Positions 30,305 to 40,914 of a stretch of DNA of 64,000 nt are shown piece by piece (within the stretch, counting starts at the first letter, position 1; the number at the start of each line of letters is the position of its first letter). The position numbers and the translations under genes are program-made. The stretch comes from an uncultured Clostridia bacterium (GTDB taxonomy: Bacteria > Bacillota > Clostridia > TANB77 > CAG-508): NCBI GenBank assembly GCA_947589015.1, contig CANPZF010000002.1:18252-82251 (forward strand). Reading direction: 5' to 3'. The notes beneath the pieces were generated by a model. The model made no database searches, was not told the origin of the DNA, and saw only the letters and a program-made list of their open reading frames with translations.

Positions 30305-30556
30305 TTAAATCAATTGTTTTTTTATTGAATCTACTACTAGGGCACAAACAATAAATTCTATACTCCAAATAGCACTTAATTTAAATAAAGCAATTCCAAG
30401 ATAATATAAAGGAGGGGTAACTAATATAAGCTCGTATGTAATAAGAATAAATATTGATATAGCACATAAACAAAAACAAAATTGTAATCCATGTTTTAAA
30501 ATTTTATAAGTTAAATTATCTAAACTTTTATATAAATTAATGACTTTTTTTATCAT
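30305..30556 (-). CDS. Small hypothetical membrane protein
   Basis: 83-aa ORF with two hydrophobic segments; terminator downstream. Confidence 0.35.
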   Translation of the reverse strand: MIKKVINLYKSLDNLTYKILKHGLQFCFCLCAISIFILITYELILVTPPLYYLGIALFKLSAIWSIEFIVCALVVDSIKKQLI

Positions 30557-30698
30557 AATCCACCTCTTTGAAATAAATGATTATATAATAATCTTAACAT
30601 CAAAAAATGAGTAAAACAATGGAAATAAAGCCCAATAAAAGTGAAAAAAGACCTCTTAAGAGGTCTTGAATAAAAACTATGCATAATTTTTATTTAAT

Positions 30699-30965
30699 TT
30701 AAGCCATAGCTGCATTTAATTTTTTTGATAAATTAGATTTTTTTCTTGCTGCTGTGTTTTTTACAATAACACCTTTTGTACAAGCTTGATCAATTTTTTT
30801 AGTTGCTTCTGAAAGTAAAACTTTTGCTTCTTCTACATTTCCAGAATTCACTGCTTCTTCGAATTTTTTAATAGCAGTTTTATAACTTGTTTTTATCATA
30901 TTATTTCTTAAAGTTTTTTTCTCAATTACTTTAACTCTTTTTTTAGCAGATTTAATATTTGGCAT
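30699..30965 (-). CDS. rpsT: 30S ribosomal protein S20
   Basis: [22 protein letters not shown]... Confidence 0.95.
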   Translation of the reverse strand: MPNIKSAKKRVKVIEKKTLRNNMIKTSYKTAIKKFEEAVNSGNVEEAKVLLSEATKKIDQACTKGVIVKNTAARKKSNLSKKLNAAMA

Positions 30966-31137
30966 GTTCTTCTAGCACCTCCTCTTAGTCTATATTACAC
31001 TATAACATATGATATTCTAACATATTTTTTGGAATTTGACAAGGGGATTTCCTAAATTCATCAAAAAAGTGGAATTATATTGTAATTTTGAAACTTTTAT
31101 GATATATTAAAGGACAAATAAAATAAGGAGGATACAT

Positions 31138-31584
31138 ATGATAGCAATAGGTAGTGATCATGGAGGATATAAATTAAAAGAAGAAATAAAAAGGTATTTA
31201 GAAGAAAAAGATATTCAGTATAAAGATTATGGTTGTATGAATGAGGAAAGAGTAGATTATCCTAATATAGCAAAACAAGTTGCACAAGATATACAAAAAA
31301 AGATATGTGAAAAAGGAATTCTAATTTGTAAATCTGGATTAGGAATGAGTATAGTAGCCAATAAATATAAAGGAATAAGATGTACACCATGTCATAATGA
31401 ATACACGGCTAAATATGCGAGATTACATAATGATAGTAATATATTAGCATTAGGTGCAGAAGAGTTATCTACAAATGAAGCAATATGCATATTAAGAATG
31501 TGGCTTGGAACAGAATACGAAGGTGGTAGACATGAACATAGACTAGAAATGATAAGACAAATAGAGCAAGAAAACATGAAATAG
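31138..31584 (+). CDS. rpiB: Ribose-5-phosphate isomerase B (RpiB/LacA/LacB family)
   Basis: MIAIGSDHGGYKLKEEIKRYLE...; 148 aa. Confidence 0.85.
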   Translation: MIAIGSDHGGYKLKEEIKRYLEEKDIQYKDYGCMNEERVDYPNIAKQVAQDIQKKICEKGILICKSGLGMSIVANKYKGIRCTPCHNEYTAKYARLHNDSNILALGAEELSTNEAICILRMWLGTEYEGGRHEHRLEMIRQIEQENMK

Positions 31585-31596
31585 GGGGCATAAGCT

Positions 31597-32832
31597 ATGT
31601 GGGGAGATATAGCTATAGCATTTTTACTAGCATTTATTGTAGCATTTATGGCAACACCATATACGATAAAAATAGCTGAAAAAATAGGAGCTGTGGATAT
31701 TCCCAAAGACAAAAGAAGGATGCATAAAAAAGCAATGCCTAAATTTGGTGGCCCAGCAGTTATTTTAGGTTTTTTAGTGTCAGTTATATATTTATTAATA
31801 GTTATGAGTATAGAACACACAATTAACTTATTTGGTTCGGAAGAATATGGGAAAAAGCTACTGGGAATGTTCTTTGGAATAATAATAATATCAATTACAT
31901 GTGTAATTGATGACATAAAAACAATCAAGCCAATAGTAAAACTAGCAGGTCAGACATTAGCAGCAATTGTTGCAGTATCTTTTGGAATAAGAATAGATGA
32001 TATATCGATACCATTTTTAGCTGTTCCAGAGCTAAAAGAAATATTTTCTATCATTATTACAATTGGTTGGATTGTGGGAGTAACAAATGCCATTAATTTG
32101 GTAGATGGATTAGATGGATTATCGTCTGGAATATCTGTTATATCAGCAGTATCATTATTAATAATTTTTGTTTTAAATGCTTCTCCAATAGTAGCAATAG
32201 TTTTAATTGCATCACTAGCAGGAGCACTAGTTGGCTTTTTGCCATTTAATTTTACACCAGCTAAAACATTTATAGGTGATACAGGATCCAATTTTTTAGG
32301 ATTTTCACTTTCAATAATATCTATATTAGGGGTAGCTAAAACATATACAGCAGCAGTTATTGTTTTACCATTAATAGTTTTAGGACTACCAATATTTGAC
32401 ACAATTTGGGCAATCATTAGAAGATTAATAAAAGGAAAATCAATAAAGGCGATATTTAAAGCAGATAAAGGACATTTACATCATATAATTGTAGCAAAAG
32501 GATTTAGCCAAAAGCAGGCAGTATTAATTTTATATGGAATAAGTGCAACTTTTGGGATTTTTGCAGTAATTTTATTAGATAGTGGAATATGGAAAGCTTT
32601 ATCATTTTTACTTATGGTTATAGTTGCATTAGGTTTAGGATATAGAAATTTCAAAATAGAAAAATCTGATATGCAAAGATATGAATGTTTAGAATGTAAA
32701 TATATTTATAATCCAAAATTTGGTAATGAAAAGGCAGGAATAAAACCAGGAACTCCTTTTGATGAATTGCCAGATAATTGGGTTTGTCCTGTATGCGGAG
32801 AAGGAAAAGAAATGTTTGAGATACATGAGTAG
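31597..32832 (+). CDS. GT4 polyprenyl-phosphate GlcNAc-1-phosphate transferase (WecA/TagO/MraY-like) fused to a C-terminal rubredoxin
   Basis: [13 protein letters not shown] and [10 protein letters not shown] motifs with about 10 TM segments; last 53 aa [12 protein letters not shown]...[14 protein letters not shown] is a canonical rubredoxin, in frame with no stop. Confidence 0.75.
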   Translation: MWGDIAIAFLLAFIVAFMATPYTIKIAEKIGAVDIPKDKRRMHKKAMPKFGGPAVILGFLVSVIYLLIVMSIEHTINLFGSEEYGKKLLGMFFGIIIISITCVIDDIKTIKPIVKLAGQTLAAIVAVSFGIRIDDISIPFLAVPELKEIFSIIITIGWIVGVTNAINLVDGLDGLSSGISVISAVSLLIIFVLNASPIVAIVLIASLAGALVGFLPFNFTPAKTFIGDTGSNFLGFSLSIISILGVAKTYTAAVIVLPLIVLGLPIFDTIWAIIRRLIKGKSIKAIFKADKGHLHHIIVAKGFSQKQAVLILYGISATFGIFAVILLDSGIWKALSFLLMVIVALGLGYRNFKIEKSDMQRYECLECKYIYNPKFGNEKAGIKPGTPFDELPDNWVCPVCGEGKEMFEIHE

Positions 32833-32976
32833 AAAAAGTGTAACTATTAGAGAATAGCTTTTTATTATTATTAAGTATTTATATGGTAAAAAGTTAATAA
32901 TTGACGAATGGTAAAAAATGTAATATAATTAATAAGCCATATAGATTGCAGTATATGTGCAATAGGAGGAGCCGGA

Positions 32977-34092
32977 ATGTATAAAATAACAATTATAATA
33001 CCAATATATAATGCAGAGAAATATTTAAGAGATTTATTAGAATCTATAATACATCAAACAATGAATTTTAAAGAAATACAAGTTGTAATGGTAGATGATT
33101 TTTCAAAAGATAAGTCAAGAGATATAATGGATGAATATGCAGAAAAATATGAGAATTTTATTAGTATAAAATTACCAAAAAATAATAAAGTTGCTGGAAC
33201 AGCTAGAAATGAAGGGATGAAAGTAGCAGAAGGAAAATATCTAATGTTTGCTGACTCAGATGACTTTTACCCAGAAAATGCATGTGAAATAATGTTCAAT
33301 GCTATAGAAGAAAAAGAAGCAGACTTTATTACCGCAAATTATATTAATGCTGATTTCGATGGAAGTGTATGGGATAAACCTATATTTAACCAAGAAAAAT
33401 ATCAAGACTTTAAATTGAGTATTACAGATTATAACAAATCTTTTTTTATTTTGAATTCTTCAGCATGCAATAAAATATTTAGAAAATCATTTGTAGAAGA
33501 AAAGCAGATAAAATTTTTGGAGGAAGTACCAGCAGAAGATGCATATTTTACAACATCTTGTTTTATGAAATCAGATAAAGTTTATTATGTAAATAAAATA
33601 ATGTATTGCTATAGACAAAGAAATGAAGGAAACAAGAAAAGAAAATCAGTATCTTTTAATTGCTCAAGAGATTATTTTGCTAGAATTAATAAAGCCTATA
33701 AATTAATTTACCAAAATTTTAAGGATAATGGACATATTGGATTTTATCGTTACACTTATGCCAAAAATATGTCATATATGTTATACAAATTTATTGATAC
33801 TACTATGTTAAAAGATTCACAAAGAGTTGAAGTATTAAAGGAAATGAGATGGTTTTATCAATTAAGTGTTTCATTAAAAGTACCAGCAGCACAAAAAAAT
33901 CAAAGGATGATAATTGATAAAATATTAGAAGAAGATTATAAAGAAGCAATAAATTATTGCAAAATTATCGCAGATATGAGAGCACACCTTCCTAAAGAAA
34001 TAAAAGAAGAAATGTCAAGACCGGATTCCACAATGTATCAAGAGTTAGCACAATATGATGATGAATATAGAGAGGAAAACCAAAATGTTTAA
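32977..34092 (+). CDS. Family 2 glycosyltransferase
   Basis: ITIIIPIYNAEKYL...MVDDFSKD...FADSDD. Confidence 0.8.
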   Translation: MYKITIIIPIYNAEKYLRDLLESIIHQTMNFKEIQVVMVDDFSKDKSRDIMDEYAEKYENFISIKLPKNNKVAGTARNEGMKVAEGKYLMFADSDDFYPENACEIMFNAIEEKEADFITANYINADFDGSVWDKPIFNQEKYQDFKLSITDYNKSFFILNSSACNKIFRKSFVEEKQIKFLEEVPAEDAYFTTSCFMKSDKVYYVNKIMYCYRQRNEGNKKRKSVSFNCSRDYFARINKAYKLIYQNFKDNGHIGFYRYTYAKNMSYMLYKFIDTTMLKDSQRVEVLKEMRWFYQLSVSLKVPAAQKNQRMIIDKILEEDYKEAINYCKIIADMRAHLPKEIKEEMSRPDSTMYQELAQYDDEYREENQNV

Positions 34093-34939
34093 ATTAAAGT
34101 TTGCAAAAATGTATGACAATACTATTTTTAGTAAATATAATAAAAAAGCGATTGCAGAAGACTATTTTGCTGTTAAAGATTCTATATTTTGTGTAGCAGA
34201 TGGAGTAACAAGAGATTCAATTTATGGAGAAGCAATACCATATCCAAAAAACAAAGAGGAAGTAGAAAAATGGATAAAAGTATATCCTAATCCAAGTGGA
34301 GCCTATGAGGCAGCAAAAATTTGTGCAGAAAATTTTGTTGAATATATTTTAAAATATCCACAAGAACAAATTAATGAAAATGTTATTTTGGAAATTGTAA
34401 AAAGAATAAATAAAGATATAGAAAAAATAAATCATAACCGTGAAATTGATTATTTGGCAAATGATTTATTTGGATGTGTAGCAGTTGGTGGTTGTATACT
34501 TGATGATAAGCTATATTGTTTTTCAATAGGAGATTGTCATATTACAGCATTAGATGAAAATTTAAATGAAAAATTTACTACAATTAATAATCATGAACAA
34601 TTTGAACAGTACTTAAGTCAAGTATATTGCAAACAACATAATTATGATTGGAATAATCCTGAGGACAGAAGAATGGTAAGAAGAGACTATAGAAATAAGC
34701 CAAATAAAAAATATGAAGGAAAAGAAATTTCATTTGGAGTATTAACAGGAGAAAAAGAAGCAGAACATTATATAGATGTGTATAAAGTAGATTTAAGCCA
34801 AGTGAAATACATATGTGCTTATTCTGATGGTTGTGAGCCATTTTTTTCTGATATAGAAAAAAGAAAAGAATTGGTAAAAAATCCAAATATATTGGAAAAT
34901 GAGGGTAAAGAAAGAACATTAATAATTTATGAAAAATAG
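34085..34939 (+). CDS. PP2C-like protein phosphatase domain protein
   Basis: FCVADGVTRD, SIGDCHI and AYSDGCEPFF resemble PP2C/SpoIIE metal-binding motifs; start moved to the Met after the GAGAGG RBS. Confidence 0.45.
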   Translation: MFKLKFAKMYDNTIFSKYNKKAIAEDYFAVKDSIFCVADGVTRDSIYGEAIPYPKNKEEVEKWIKVYPNPSGAYEAAKICAENFVEYILKYPQEQINENVILEIVKRINKDIEKINHNREIDYLANDLFGCVAVGGCILDDKLYCFSIGDCHITALDENLNEKFTTINNHEQFEQYLSQVYCKQHNYDWNNPEDRRMVRRDYRNKPNKKYEGKEISFGVLTGEKEAEHYIDVYKVDLSQVKYICAYSDGCEPFFSDIEKRKELVKNPNILENEGKERTLIIYEK

Positions 34940-34949
34940 GAGATGACAG

Positions 34950-35684
34950 ATGAAAGAAGATATTATTTTAATTACTGGTGGAGATGGCAACATTGCAAAA
35001 CAAATAGTAAAAACATATTTAAAAAAAGGTTGCAAAGTAATTGCAACAGACATTAATGAAAAATCTTCTTGTGAAGAATTTTATGATAATAATAATTATG
35101 AGTATTATAAAGTAGATGTTACTGATGTAGAGCAATTAAAGGCATTGGAACAAACTATAGAAAAGAAATATGGAAGAATAACACATATAATTAGTGCTGC
35201 TGGACGACCAATGAAAACTGAAATGGAAGGAATTCATAATGTGACTATAGAGGATATACAACAATCACTTGAATTAAATTTAGGGGCTCATATATATGTA
35301 ACTAAAATATTTTTACCATTGTTGGAAAAAGATAATACTAATAATAAAAGTATAATTTATATTTCTTCAATAAATGCATTAAAATCTTTCAATTTACCAG
35401 TATATAGTGCTGCAAAATCAGGAATTTACGGATTAATGCATTCACTAGTAATGGAGCTTGGTAAAAAAGAAATTAGAGTAAATACTGTATCGCCAGGAAC
35501 TGTGCCAACACCAGAAGATTTAGCAAGTGAAGGAAATTTTTATAATTATAGATATAAAGATATGTTAGCATTAAAAGATTTTACAAAGCCACACGACATA
35601 GCAGATACAGTATATGCATTAACACATAAATTAAAAGCAGTAACAGGACAAAACATAGTTGTTGATTCAGGACAAATATTATAA
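34950..35684 (+). CDS. SDR-family oxidoreductase
   Basis: TGGDGNIA Rossmann motif; YSAAK catalytic motif. Confidence 0.8.
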   Translation: MKEDIILITGGDGNIAKQIVKTYLKKGCKVIATDINEKSSCEEFYDNNNYEYYKVDVTDVEQLKALEQTIEKKYGRITHIISAAGRPMKTEMEGIHNVTIEDIQQSLELNLGAHIYVTKIFLPLLEKDNTNNKSIIYISSINALKSFNLPVYSAAKSGIYGLMHSLVMELGKKEIRVNTVSPGTVPTPEDLASEGNFYNYRYKDMLALKDFTKPHDIADTVYALTHKLKAVTGQNIVVDSGQIL

Positions 35685-36665
35685 ATTTATGATACAAGCA
35701 GGGGAATTTATTGAATATTTATTTTCAAAATTCAAAGACCCTGTTTTTTTGTTTCTACTAAAAATACTAATGTCATTTGAATTTTGATTAGCACAAAACA
35801 TAAAATCTTCTGAAAGATTAAAACTAATATCTCTAGGAGTATTACCATAGCAAGATATGTTTTGAACTAATTCTAATGAATTATTAGTATCAAATACACT
35901 AATACTGTTATGACCTCTAACACTACAGTAAATAAAAGAACCGTCATTACTTATTTTTATAGCACAACCAGTATAATTATCCTGCTTTTGTACATTAGGA
36001 AGTATAGAAACGCAATTAATAAAATTAAAGCTATTATTTTCTGAAAAAGTAATTTGATATAATTCACAAGAATTTTCTGTTATTACATATAAATTATTTT
36101 CTTTTATTACTAAATGTCTAGGACCAGAACCAGTTGGAAATTTATATTTATCTAATTCTAACAATTTAAAATTAGTTTTATCTCCTAGGATTTTATATGC
36201 ATATAGTGTATCATTTCCTAAATTTGTTATAAATACAATTTTGTTATCAGATGAAAAACAAATTTGATGAATTCTAGAATTTTGAAAAAATTTTTTATGA
36301 TAAATAGGTTTGCTTATAGATCCATCAATATTTAAATCAAATATATCGATAGACCCATCTCCATAATTAGCTGTATAAAGCATATTTCTTTGTTTATCAA
36401 TAGTTAAATAGCATGGACCTTTTCCATTTAAAAAAGTCTTGTTAATAGGACAAAGATTACGATTACGTGATATTACACAACCATTAGCATAAATTGGATT
36501 GTCCGAATATTCAACTATATTGTATATAATATTGGAATTTGTACAAATATATGAACAGTTTTCAAAAGAATTGTTTTGGGTAATATATTTTAAGATACTA
36601 TTATTAAATTCTAACTCAAAAATGCCAACTGTAGAATATGTTCCAATTAATAAATTTTCCTTCAT
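35679..36665 (-). CDS. Lactonase-family 7-bladed beta-propeller protein (6-phosphogluconolactonase-like)
   Basis: 328 aa; repeated propeller-blade patterns, GSGPRHLV motif. Confidence 0.6.
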   Translation of the reverse strand: MKENLLIGTYSTVGIFELEFNNSILKYITQNNSFENCSYICTNSNIIYNIVEYSDNPIYANGCVISRNRNLCPINKTFLNGKGPCYLTIDKQRNMLYTANYGDGSIDIFDLNIDGSISKPIYHKKFFQNSRIHQICFSSDNKIVFITNLGNDTLYAYKILGDKTNFKLLELDKYKFPTGSGPRHLVIKENNLYVITENSCELYQITFSENNSFNFINCVSILPNVQKQDNYTGCAIKISNDGSFIYCSVRGHNSISVFDTNNSLELVQNISCYGNTPRDISFNLSEDFMFCANQNSNDISIFSRNKKTGSLNFENKYSINSPACIINL

Positions 36666-36809
36666 AAATTCCTCCTAGTGATTAAATTATAACTATTATA
36701 CAACTTTTAAGAGAAAATGTGTAAAAAAAGAGAAAAATAGTTATAATTTATAGCTAAAGTACTAACTGTAAATTGTAACAAAAAATATTCCATTTTAGGT
36801 AAAAAAATA

Positions 36810-36839
36810 TTGAAATAAATAAAAGATATGTGTTATACT
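36810..36839 (+). promoter_or_regulatory. Promoter of pilin-like cassette 1 (duplicated at 39240-39269)
   Basis: TTGAAA, 18 nt, TGtTATACT (extended -10); identical copy 2.43 kb downstream. Confidence 0.5.
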
Positions 36840-36981
36840 AAAAAGCAGAAAGGCAAAGAAAGATGTAAAAGCCAAAGATAAGAAAGGAAAATAAAAGAAT
36901 GAAAACAAATGAAACAGTTGAGGATGTGGGAGAAAAAAGAAAGCTACACTAAAAAAACAAAAGAAAGAGGGGATTTTAAAG

Positions 36982-38181
36982 ATGAATCAAAAAAATAAAA
37001 AAGAAAGAGGTATCACATTAATAGCTTTAGTTATTACAATAATAGTGTTGCTAATCTTAGCGGCAGTAAGTATAGCAACATTAACAGGGGAAAATGGAAT
37101 ATTAAATCAAGCGTCAAGAGCAGCAGATAATACAAAAAATGCAACAGAGAAAGAGCAATTACAATTAGCCTACAATGCAGCATTGTCAAAAAATATGGAA
37201 GGTGGAAAATATACAGTAGAAGCAGATGACTTGCAACCAGAATTGGATAATTTAGGAACAGGAGCAGAAGCAAGCCAAGATGGAAATAATATAGATGTAA
37301 AATTTCCAAGCCAAAACCAGTATACAATAGAAGGAGGCCAAATAACAGAGAAAAATCAAGAAGAAACAACTTCAGCAGTATATGCAAAATTATATACAGA
37401 TGGAACATTAATATTAAGCAGTAGTGATTATACAGATACATTAAGAGAATTAAAAGAAAACTACGGAGATATATCATCCAAGGGAGAATATAGTACTCCA
37501 GGTTGGTACAATGAAGAAGTAACAAATGTAATAATATATAATAAAATAATGCCTAAAAGTACATCATATTGGTTCGATAATATGGATAAAATTACAACAA
37601 TAGATTTAAGCAATTTAGATACAAGCAATGTAACTGATATGTCGAGTATGTTTTCTAATTGTTCATCATTAGGAGAACTAAATTTATCAAATTTCAAGAC
37701 AGACAATGTGATTAATATGAGGTATATGTTTGGTGGCTGCTCATCATTAGGAGAATTAAATCTATCAAATTTCAAAACAGACCGTGTAACTGATATGTCG
37801 ATGATGTTTCGTGGTTGTTCATCATTAAGTAAAATAAACTTATCAAGCTTTAATACCAAAAATGTAATTGATATGTCTCAAATGTTCTATGATTGTATAT
37901 CACTTGATACATCAAATAATTTAGGAATTACTAATTGGGATGTTAGTAATGTAAAAACGTTTAAATCTATGTTTTCCAAAGAAAAAGGCTCACCAACTTG
38001 GAATGTTTTAGATATTTCAAATTGGAACATTTCAGATGATGCCAATATTGAAAGTATGTTTCATCGCTTATATGGAGATTCTGAACTTACTGTCTATGTA
38101 AAAGATACAGCTATAAAAAATAGATTTGAAAATGATATTTATTCAATGAATGAAGAATATATTATAAAGCAGGAACAATAG
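36982..38181 (+). CDS. Pilin-like N-terminus fused to a BspA-type leucine-rich-repeat domain
   Basis: KKERG/ITLIALVITIIVLLILAAVSIATLTG class III-like signal; repeats NLSNFKT(D)xV(I/T)xMxxMFxGCSSL. Confidence 0.7.
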   Translation: MNQKNKKERGITLIALVITIIVLLILAAVSIATLTGENGILNQASRAADNTKNATEKEQLQLAYNAALSKNMEGGKYTVEADDLQPELDNLGTGAEASQDGNNIDVKFPSQNQYTIEGGQITEKNQEETTSAVYAKLYTDGTLILSSSDYTDTLRELKENYGDISSKGEYSTPGWYNEEVTNVIIYNKIMPKSTSYWFDNMDKITTIDLSNLDTSNVTDMSSMFSNCSSLGELNLSNFKTDNVINMRYMFGGCSSLGELNLSNFKTDRVTDMSMMFRGCSSLSKINLSSFNTKNVIDMSQMFYDCISLDTSNNLGITNWDVSNVKTFKSMFSKEKGSPTWNVLDISNWNISDDANIESMFHRLYGDSELTVYVKDTAIKNRFENDIYSMNEEYIIKQEQ

Positions 38182-38349
38182 AAATTAAATTAACATTTAT
38201 ATTGAAAAAAAACACTAGTATTAAGTAAATTGCTGCAAAGCAGCAATGGAACGAAAGTTTAAGAAAGAAGAAAAATTGAAAAAAGAGATAACCTCTTATA
38301 TAATAATGTAACTAAAAGTTGCAAATATATTATATAGGAGGTTTTCATT

Positions 38350-38680
38350 ATGACAAACGAGAAATTATTAGAGAAAATGAGTCAAGATATGAATATAAGA
38401 AATTTTTTTCACTATACATATGATTTTTTATATAAGAAAGACTAAAGAGATGATAAAATATTTTAATAAATGAATGGAAGAAGTAACAGTAAATGAATTA
38501 AGGGATTACTTGTATAAATATTTATTAGAAGAAAGAAAACTATCAAGTAAAGCAGTAAATCACTACAATAATGTAATAAGGTTTGTATATGAGGTAACAT
38601 TAGACAAAATAATAAATAAGAAACAACTACCTCAGGCTTACTTAATAAATGCTTTTCATAAATATATGGGTAGATTATAA
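38350..38680 (+). pseudogene. Tyrosine recombinase/integrase N-terminal (SAM-like) fragment, disrupted
   Basis: MTNEKLLEKMSQDMNIRNF...; ...VNELRDYLYKYLLEERKLSSKAVNHYNNVIRFVYEVTL; frameshifted and lacking a catalytic domain; second copy at 40915-41070. Confidence 0.6.
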
Positions 38681-38955
38681 TTTTAAATTAAAACGAGGTG
38701 TTGCAGTGGAGGAATCTGGAAGAAAGCATTTAAATTTGAAAAAATACTAGAAAAAATAATCAAACCAAGTAAGTCAAACATGATAAACATCTTTTAAGAC
38801 TTTAGCAAAAAAATTGAAGTGATAACTTTTATCAAAAAAAGATTAGCACAGTATGAAATACCTTAAAGCAGTCCTCCTTTGTATTTTGTGTTATCTTTTT
38901 TAAGTCAAAGCCATTATACAAGAAGGATTATTTTTGGCAATATATAGAAAAAACG

Positions 38956-39221
38956 CATTATGGTAATTTCATCGAATATTACAAAATTGTAATATTTTAA
39001 CATATATGATAAAATGCAACAAAGTGATGAAAATAAATAACAATGAGATATTTAATTTGTAGTAAAAAAAGAGATTGAAAAAATGGAAAAAAGGCAGGAG
39101 AAATGAGCTTGTATTTAAGTAATAAAAACACATCAGCAGAAAATTTATTGTCATATACAAGAAAGCATTGGAAAATAGAAGGGAATGCATCATATTTGTA
39201 ATAATTGATGAAATTACCATG
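38956..39221 (+). mobile_element. Deletion remnant of an IS element (ISAs1-like transposase C-terminal fragment between inverted repeats)
   Basis: Inverted repeats CATTATGGTAATTTCATCGAATATTACAAAATTG (38956-) and ATTTGTAATAATTGATGAAATTACCATG (-39221); internal fragment ...SAENLLSYTRKHWKIEG resembles the transposase motif RGHWxIEN. Confidence 0.5.
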
Positions 39222-39358
39222 CATTTTATGTAAAAAATATTGAAATAAATAAAAGATATGTGTTATACTAAAAGGCAGAAAGGCAAAGAGAGATGTAAAA
39301 GCCAAAGATAAGAAAGGAAAATAAAAGAATGAAAATAAATGAAACAGCTGAGGCTGTA

Positions 39359-39384
39359 AGAGAGAGAGAGAGAGAGAGAGAGAG
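39359..39384 (+). repeat. (AG)13 dinucleotide microsatellite
   Basis: Read directly; lies inside the duplicated leader uORF of cassette 2. Confidence 0.95.
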
Positions 39385-39768
39385 CTATACTTTAGGAAAA
39401 TAAAGAAGAAAGTAATAAAGAGGAAAAAGATAGCATTAAACCTAAAAGAAAGTAGGTTTGAATGTTGTCTTTTTTGTGTTTATAAATATATAAATGACAC
39501 GTCATGAGATATGCAAAAAATAAAGTAAAAAACCAAAAAAGGCAAGACAAAAGTATTGCAAAAAGAAAGTGCTTAAAGTATAATCTAGATATAAATTATA
39601 AGCTATTTTTTATAGTATAAGATTGAAGAATAATTACAATTTGAATCAATGTGTGCCTTAGTAAGGAATAATTATAAAGATGAAAAAAATCGATTAAAAG
39701 GTATATGATTATAAAAAATGGAAATAATTGAAATAAAAGAAAAACAAAAGAGAGAGGGGAATATTGAG

Positions 39769-40608
39769 ATGAAAAAAAGAAAAAAAGTGAAATTAAAAAT
39801 GGAAGGAAGAAATGAAAATAAGGGTATAACATTAATAGCCTTAGTTATCACAATAATAGTGTTATTAATACTAGCAGGAGTAAGTATAGCAACATTAACA
39901 GGAGATAATGGAATTTTGACAAAAGCAACCAATAGTAGTGTACAAAATGCACATGCTCAAGTATATGAGGCATTACAATTAGAAAGTGAACATTATATGA
40001 TTTTAAAGAACACAGGAGAAACAAAAGAAGAATTAATAAAATACTTACAGAATTATGGATTTATTAATAGTGATTATACTGTAAATGTGCAAACATTATT
40101 AGGGAAAAAATTACAAACAGGCAATGGAACAGGAACAACAGATGTATACAAATTAGAAGAAATAGTAAAAGAAGCAAGTTTATTACAAAAAATAGCGAGT
40201 GTACAATATTTAAAAATTGCAGAAACAACAAATGCATTAAATAAAAAATACAGTGTGGTATACTATAATGCAGAAGGTGAAAGAACAGAATTAGGAATTT
40301 TAAAAGACATAACACCAGAAATTTCAAATGAAATCACGTTTAATATTGAAAGTAGAATATTAGGAACACTAAGCGGAACATATCATGCATTAAAAGGTAT
40401 GACATGGGGAGAATTTATCGAAACAGAATACAATACATTTGGATTAAAATTAGATACATTTCCATATTCAGATGGAGGTCATGCAATGAAAGTAGATGAG
40501 GGAGGAAGACTATTTTATAGAGATGACTATGGAGTTAATGACTACGTAAATAGCACATCTAAAATTATAAATGGAGAAACATATGTTTTGAGAGGGTGGA
40601 GTGAATAA
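39769..40608 (+). CDS. Pilin-like N-terminus protein with a unique C-terminal domain
   Basis: MKKRKKVKLKMEGRNENKG/ITLIALVITIIVLLILAGVSIATLTGDNGIL; N-terminal DNA highly similar (about 85% by eye) to 36982 gene; start moved to the Met after GAGGGG. Confidence 0.7.
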   Translation: MKKRKKVKLKMEGRNENKGITLIALVITIIVLLILAGVSIATLTGDNGILTKATNSSVQNAHAQVYEALQLESEHYMILKNTGETKEELIKYLQNYGFINSDYTVNVQTLLGKKLQTGNGTGTTDVYKLEEIVKEASLLQKIASVQYLKIAETTNALNKKYSVVYYNAEGERTELGILKDITPEISNEITFNIESRILGTLSGTYHALKGMTWGEFIETEYNTFGLKLDTFPYSDGGHAMKVDEGGRLFYRDDYGVNDYVNSTSKIINGETYVLRGWSE

Positions 40609-40914
40609 AAACTCATATATTTTAATTATTGATGTAGAAAAATTATCTATAAAGATTAAAATTAATTGAATTAAATAATATAAAAAACTATCCTAAAACT
40701 TTAGAAAATATGATATATACAAATTTTAGGATAGTTTAAATATTAAATTGATATTAAAATGTATAATGAAAATATAAAAGTACTAAATTGTGTGTACCTC
40801 GCAATGGAACGAAAGATGGAGAAAGAGACTGATATATTGAAAATACATTAAACCTCTAGTATAATGTATTTATTAATCTGAAGTTACAAATATATTATAT
40901 GGGAGGTTTTCGTT

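Noticed and set aside
37034-37859. Long minus-strand ORFs antisense to the pilin-like/BspA gene (similar antisense ORFs occur at 44241-45428, 42030-42785, 43242-43766, 31392-32417 and elsewhere)
   Set aside because: They are antisense shadows of real genes with Leu/Phe/Ile-rich nonsense products. The sense-strand genes have clear motifs.
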